Below, piece after piece: positions 59,243-64,000 of a stretch of 64,000 bases of DNA. Both the position numbers and the translations under genes were made by a program. The DNA is taken from the NCBI GenBank assembly GCA_040901675.1, contig JBBDYJ010000016.1:32001-96000 (forward strand), written 5' to 3'. Under the pieces are notes generated by a model. It saw only the letters and a list, made by a program, of their open reading frames with translations, was not told where the DNA came from and made no database searches. This stretch comes from Pirellulales bacterium (lineage in GTDB: Bacteria > Planctomycetota > Planctomycetia > Pirellulales > JAICIG01). The stretch's first letter is position 1, and each line of letters starts with the position of its first letter.

Positions 59243-59737
59243 CTACGAAGCGGGTCTTTTTTGACTTGGGGGAAAAACGGACGGAATCAGCTCGACGTGG
59301 GCTCGTTCAATCAGTATCTCTTCCTGCTCGCTATACGCCGCTTCTTTCAGGACCGACTTGACATACCCGAAAAAGAGGTCCGAGGGATTCCGCGTGCCGG
59401 GCGCCTCGACGCGAGAATAAACCTGTATCCAGATGTTCCTTTCCACGACCGGAGGTTTTTCGGCATCCGGCAGCCAACCGCCCTCGAGCGGCGCGCGCGG
59501 CGTCGTCGATGTTCGCGTGTAGCCGCCAAAACGCAGAGCAAGCAGGCTAATCAACGGCCCGACGTGATCGGCTTTGGAAAAGACCTCCTTCCCATCCGCC
59601 GCGAAGAGAGGCAGCGTAATCGTGTATCGGTATGCGGGCCCTTCCAGCAATCGACGATCAAGACTGGGAAGCTGCAGAGGCTCCGGCGGAAGCTTTTCGA
59701 GAGCGGAGAGGTTCAGCCTTCGTCTTCTTTTTGCCAT
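59243..59737 (-). CDS. Hypothetical protein
   Basis: 164-aa ORF with globular-looking core (YTITLPL...RFGGYT...GGW...QEEILIE); start uncertain. Confidence 0.55.
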   Translation of the reverse strand: MAKRRRRLNLSALEKLPPEPLQLPSLDRRLLEGPAYRYTITLPLFAADGKEVFSKADHVGPLISLLALRFGGYTRTSTTPRAPLEGGWLPDAEKPPVVERNIWIQVYSRVEAPGTRNPSDLFFGYVKSVLKEAAYSEQEEILIERAHVELIPSVFPPSQKRPAS

Positions 59738-59936
59738 TGGCTCGAACCTTTGAGGCCCTGCTGCGCCCGATAAGTCGGGCCGCCCGGAGCGATTCCAGTT
59801 GTTGCTCGTTTACGATCAATACACCCACAGCTCGCGTCTCAAACATACCCCCCTGCGTCAGCAGCACGCGGACAGCCTGGTTAAAGACCTCGGGGTCCGG
59901 AAACTCAACAATAGCCATTGCGACCTCATTGGCCAA
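59658..59936 (-). CDS. Hypothetical small basic protein
   Basis: 92-aa ORF co-oriented with and overlapping the previous ORF. Confidence 0.4.
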   Translation of the reverse strand: MANEVAMAIVEFPDPEVFNQAVRVLLTQGGMFETRAVGVLIVNEQQLESLRAARLIGRSRASKVRANGKKKTKAEPLRSRKASAGASAASQS

Positions 59937-60117
59937 AAGCCGTGTGAGAATGGGGCAGCAACCCGAATGAGCAATCCCATTGTTCGTTACGGTGAGGCTC
60001 CCCCATCCTGGTTCGCGGCGCCACGCTACCGAATCTTACAACGGGCGGAAAGCCCAGTCCAGGGTTGAGGCGCCCCGAACGGGCATCGCGGTGTAAAGGG
60101 CGTCATTTACCCGTTCT

Positions 60118-61326
60118 TCATCTTTGCGCCTTCGCCCCTTTGCGAGAGTCGTCGTCCGTCCGTGGCGTCCGTCCCTCTTCGTGCGCCGAATAACCGTACC
60201 GGCGGATAAACGGCTGCCAGCGGCGGGCGATCTCGGCGCGCAACTCGGGCGCCAAGTCGTAGCGGTTGGTCTCGTAGCCTCGCGTGGCCGCTACGTACGC
60301 TTCCAAGCGGGGCAGCACGTTGTCGAAGTCGCCCAGCGCCAATTGCTCGTACACGCGGCGCATCTGGCCGATGGGGTCGCGGACTAGCTCCTCATAGGTC
60401 ACTTCGCAGAGCCGGTCGGCCGCCACCAGCGCTCGGTCGCGCTGGAACACCTCGTACATCCGCTCAAATGTCTCCAGCACTTGCTCTTCCAGCCCTTGGA
60501 AGTTGGGCTGCTCGAGTGCGTGCTTGCGATACAAGGTCGTCCACAAGTTCACGGTCGATGGAAAGACCACGAACGGGTCGCGGACGATGTGCACGAAACG
60601 CGCGCCGGGAAACATCTCCAGTAGCACCTGGATGCGGCAGGTGTGCGGCGGCGACTTGAGCACGATGCGACCGGGCCGCCGGTAGGTGATCTCCTGCAGA
60701 AACCGCCTGAACACGCGCTTCCAGCGCTCCAGCGCCTGGGGAGGGATTCCCTCCAGCGTCAGGTATTCCTGGTCCATCGGCGGATGGTTCGGGAAGGCGA
60801 TCGTGAGGTACGGCGACGGGACTCCCAGGTTCGCCAGCGCGAACTCGTCCTCCTGGGGCCGCTGCCAGCCGGCCGGCATATTGTCCATCGGCCGCCGCGA
60901 GGGAAGCAGGAACCACAGCCAGCGGGTGGCGAAGTCCTCGCTGATCAGGAAGTGGTTCGGCGCCAGGCACTCGAAGGTGGTGGGGTAAGTATGCCGCTCA
61001 TCCTGCACCAGCAGCTCGTGCAACAGCGTCGTGCCGGCCCGCCAATGTCCGATGATGAACACCGGCTCGTGCTCGATCCGGGTCCGGCCCGCCCGCCAGC
61101 CGACCAGCAGCCACTGCCAGCGCCGCCATACGCTGTGAAACAGGCTGAACAGCGTAATGAAGATGGCCGCCGGCCAGTACCGCCAGTGCACCGCGAACCG
61201 ATTGCGCGCCAACAGCCGCACCCAGCCGTGGAAATTCATGCCGGTCCAGAAGCGCGGCGACCACTCGCGGCGGGAAGGGGTCTTGATCTTGGTTTTGGGC
61301 TTTCGGCTTTGGGTATTCAGTGACAC
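60118..61326 (-). CDS. Sulfotransferase family protein (Stf3-like)
   Basis: PVFIIGHWRAGTT (5'-PSB), RPMDN, PQEDE, LKSPPHT, IVRDP, YEELV.DP. Confidence 0.9.
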   Translation of the reverse strand: MSLNTQSRKPKTKIKTPSRREWSPRFWTGMNFHGWVRLLARNRFAVHWRYWPAAIFITLFSLFHSVWRRWQWLLVGWRAGRTRIEHEPVFIIGHWRAGTTLLHELLVQDERHTYPTTFECLAPNHFLISEDFATRWLWFLLPSRRPMDNMPAGWQRPQEDEFALANLGVPSPYLTIAFPNHPPMDQEYLTLEGIPPQALERWKRVFRRFLQEITYRRPGRIVLKSPPHTCRIQVLLEMFPGARFVHIVRDPFVVFPSTVNLWTTLYRKHALEQPNFQGLEEQVLETFERMYEVFQRDRALVAADRLCEVTYEELVRDPIGQMRRVYEQLALGDFDNVLPRLEAYVAATRGYETNRYDLAPELRAEIARRWQPFIRRYGYSAHEEGRTPRTDDDSRKGAKAQR

Positions 61327-61557
61327 GCTGCCGCAACGGAGAAATCGCGCAACGCAGGGGACCGGACAATCGGCGCTGGGGCGAGACTGCCTCGCTGGCC
61401 ATCGCGTGGGGCTGGGCGAGCTGCGCTGTGCCCGAAGCCCATTCAGACATAGTAGCCCAAGGCGGCGACTGGCCGCCAGGGGTCGGCCGGTGCCTGGCGA
61501 GCAACGCGGTGGGGCTCAAGCCGGGCGGCGATCCTGGTGCACCTGATGCAGAGAAGT

Positions 61558-62076
61558 CTACCGCGTGACCCCTTGCGAGCCGCCGTCGGGGCGCCGGGCC
61601 ACCGCCTGCAAGGCGGTCTGCATCGCCATGACCAACTCGTGTCCCGGCTGTTTGCCCGTGACGCGGTTCAGCGGCACGCCGCGCGGAGAAAGGAACTGCA
61701 CCGTGGGATATCCCTTCACCTGGAACGTTCCGCACACCTCCGGTTCGGCATCGGCGTCGACCAGCACGCACACAAACTGGCCCGCCAGCCTGATCACCTG
61801 GTCCTGGGTAAAAACTTCGTCGGCCATCTGGTGGCAGTAAGTACACCAGTCGGCCGTGAAGAACACCAGCATCGGCCTGCCTTGTTCGCGGGCGGCATCC
61901 CGGCCTTGGGCATAACCCTCGACAAACTCGATCTTTTCCCGCGCCGGCAGCGGCGGGCCTGGCTGCTCACGTCGGCTTGCCACCTCTTGAATCGGCTCGT
62001 CCTCGAACTGGCATCCAACCATCGTTGCCGCCACAGCCAGACCAACCATCCAAAGCAAGGCCCACCGATCGGTCAT
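61558..62076 (-). CDS. Thioredoxin-fold lipoprotein (Thioredoxin_7-like)
   Basis: Lipobox-like MVGC, FTADWCTYC, GYPT. Confidence 0.85.
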   Translation of the reverse strand: MTDRWALLWMVGLAVAATMVGCQFEDEPIQEVASRREQPGPPLPAREKIEFVEGYAQGRDAAREQGRPMLVFFTADWCTYCHQMADEVFTQDQVIRLAGQFVCVLVDADAEPEVCGTFQVKGYPTVQFLSPRGVPLNRVTGKQPGHELVMAMQTALQAVARRPDGGSQGVTR

Positions 62077-62386
62077 CTGTCGATCCTTCAGTCCCGTTCC
62101 CGGCGGCCTTCCAGGCCGCTGACTCAATAACGATCGTTGTTGCCGCCTCGGTTGCGCCGGCGGCGATGCCGCTGCGCTAGCCGATGGCCCAGGCCCGACA
62201 AACTGCGAATTTTAGGTCAAATCGCGCCGCCAGGCCAAGAGCACTTCCGGGCCTTCGCGGCCCGCGGGCTCGCGGGCAGCTTGCAAGACAGGAGCGGCTA
62301 GGCGCCAAGCGGCATTCCAGCCTGCATGCGGCCGGGTTTTCTCTTTTTTCCCTGGTCCGATACGATGAGAGCAGGAGGAAGAACCG

Positions 62387-62509
62387 ATGTCGAAGAATCA
62401 GAAGCAGCCCGTCCGCAAACCGGCCATGAAGTTCCCGAACCTGCGAAAGAAAATCCAAAAGCAGAAAGTGCAGCAGCAGCCCCTCCACAAGATTGGCAAG
62501 AAGAAGTGA
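62387..62509 (+). CDS. 40-aa Lys/Gln-rich small protein MSKNQKQPVRKPAMKFPNLRKKIQKQKVQQQPLHKIGKKK
   Basis: AGGAGG RBS 8 nt upstream of the ATG; in an otherwise empty intergenic region; below the ORF track cutoff. Confidence 0.6.
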   Translation: MSKNQKQPVRKPAMKFPNLRKKIQKQKVQQQPLHKIGKKK

Positions 62510-62718
62510 GCGGCGGACCGCTCGAATCTGAGACCATTCAAAGAAGCGGTGCAGGCGGAGACCTCGAAAGCGAGATCCAAAAAAAACAGCCAGGCGAGCG
62601 GATTGTCACCCGCTCGCCTGGCTCACAGCATGGGTCTTGTCCGATCGCCGGCCCCGGGCGCGCCTGGGCGCGGACGTTGGGCCGCCGATCGGACGGTCGC
62701 TTCGAACTACTCAAAACC

Positions 62719-64000
62719 TCAGGTGTTGAAGTACTCGTCGCTGGCAAGAAGGGCTGCTTGCACCTGCTGCCAGCGGGCGCCGGCCCGCAGCACGCTGACC
62801 CAGAATGCGCGGCCCCCCGCATCCGCGTTGCGGTTCAGGTAATCCTGGTACCAGCCTTCGAACGCCCCGAACCGGTTGCTCGGATCGTCGACCAGCAGGC
62901 CATGGAACTCGTCGCTGTTGACGAAGCTGGCGGCAACCTGGCCGCGGCTGGCGCCGGCGCTCATCTGGCTCTCCCAGAAGAGCAAGCCGGCGGCATCGGG
63001 GGCGCGGCCCAGCAGATCGTTGTACAGGCCGGCCACGAACGTCTGGTTGGTGCCTCCATGCAGGTCGAAGTACTCATCCGAGGCGGCGATGCCGATCACG
63101 ATCTCGTCTTCGGCTACACCCGACTGGATCAGGCTGACCCAGAAGTCGCGGCCATCCGGCTCGGCGGAGCGCGAGAGCAAATGCTGGTACAAGTCATTGA
63201 CCAGGCTGCGCAGGTACTCGACCGAGTTCAGGAAGCCAAGGGCGATCTGCTCGCGGCTGCCGCCGTTGTCCAGCACGCCGATCCAGAACTGGATCTCCGC
63301 TTCGCCCGCTTGCCGGTTCAGCACGTCGAGATAGAGGTTACGAACGAACGAGTGCTCGCGGGTCTCGATCGTCACCGTGGCCGGATCGCTGTCGTCGACG
63401 CCGTCGGTGGCCACGTAGGTGAACGTATCGATACCCTGGAAAGTGCCGCCCGGCGTATACGTGAACGAGCCGTCGGCGTTGAGATCCAGCGTGCCGCGGC
63501 TCGGACCGCTCACGAGTTGAGCTTCCAGGTCGTCGCCGTCCGCGTCGGTGTCGTTGGCCAGAACGCCCGGCGCCGAGACGACCACGGTGTCTGTCTCGTT
63601 GAGCGTCAAGAAAAAGTCGTCGTTGGCGACCGGCACTTCATTGGTGACCTCGATGATAGTCACCAGGTAGTCTTCCACCTCGCCGCTCAAAGCCAGCCCG
63701 GTCGGCGACAGCCCGCCCGAACTGCTCAACCGAAACCGGGTGAACGTGTTGCCCAAATCGGCCAGCGCGGGGATGTCGACCGTCAGAAAGTTGGCTCCCG
63801 CCGACAGTGCCAGGCTGTCGAAGACCTTCTCGCCGGCGTCGTCCCAGTCGCCGTCGGCGTTGAAGTCGATCCAGGCGTCCAGCAGACCGGCCTCGGAGGC
63901 CGTGACCGTCACGTTGGTCGTGCGGCCCGTCCGCAGAGCGTTGGTAAACACGACGCCGTCGTCCCCGGTATCGCCCGTGGCCGTGGCGTTGGGCTGGCCG
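62719..64000 (-). CDS. Large surface/secreted protein, C-terminal part: GEVED + Ig-like (Big_9) + DUF4214 repeats; 5' end off the window
   Basis: AWIDFNADGDW...RFRLSS..GEVEDY; PVANDD...GVLANDTDADGD...DGSFTYTP; repeated LY...L.R..D..G..FW; frame open to the edge. Confidence 0.88.
   Translation of the reverse strand, partial: GQPNATATGDTGDDGVVFTNALRTGRTTNVTVTASEAGLLDAWIDFNADGDWDDAGEKVFDSLALSAGANFLTVDIPALADLGNTFTRFRLSSSGGLSPTGLALSGEVEDYLVTIIEVTNEVPVANDDFFLTLNETDTVVVSAPGVLANDTDADGDDLEAQLVSGPSRGTLDLNADGSFTYTPGGTFQGIDTFTYVATDGVDDSDPATVTIETREHSFVRNLYLDVLNRQAGEAEIQFWIGVLDNGGSREQIALGFLNSVEYLRSLVNDLYQHLLSRSAEPDGRDFWVSLIQSGVAEDEIVIGIAASDEYFDLHGGTNQTFVAGLYNDLLGRAPDAAGLLFWESQMSAGASRGQVAASFVNSDEFHGLLVDDPSNRFGAFEGWYQDYLNRNADAGGRAFWVSVLRAGARWQQVQAALLASDEYFNT

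Overview
High-GC bacterial window, most likely from a planctomycete (inferred from a DUF1559 gene, a GEVED/DUF4214 surface protein and heptamer microsatellites). Positions 1-14.7 kb hold one minus-strand, tightly coupled defence island: XRE-HTH/SNF2 helicase/DUF3883, Schlafen(AlbA_2)-HATPase, ParA-like ATPase, DUF1156 adenine methylase, DUF1016, DUF499 ATPase, and a SIR2-like gene running off the left edge. The middle carries housekeeping and metabolic genes: eda, clpX, an aminotransferase, a DUF62 gene, bioA, an ExbB/TolQ-like three-gene operon, queD, an rpe-like/uronate-isomerase-like cluster, DAHP synthase, a divergent enolase with a kinase, an S9 peptidase, comEC, an SF1 helicase-nuclease and mdh. 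A reduced flagellar export cluster follows (fliF-G-H-I-J, fliN-O-P-Q-R, flhB). The best non-obvious signal is an apparently leaderless 25-aa Phe/Trp/Tyr leader peptide with terminator and antiterminator upstream of the DAHP synthase. Others are several GTAG-type REP families (one split by a precise 24-bp insertion), in-frame DNA palindromes inside DUF1016, an enolase paralogue and an esterase-fold protein with altered catalytic motifs, and an unannotated 40-aa basic ORF. No rRNA, tRNA, CRISPR array or transposase was recognised. Family assignments come from motif recognition by eye, not database searches.
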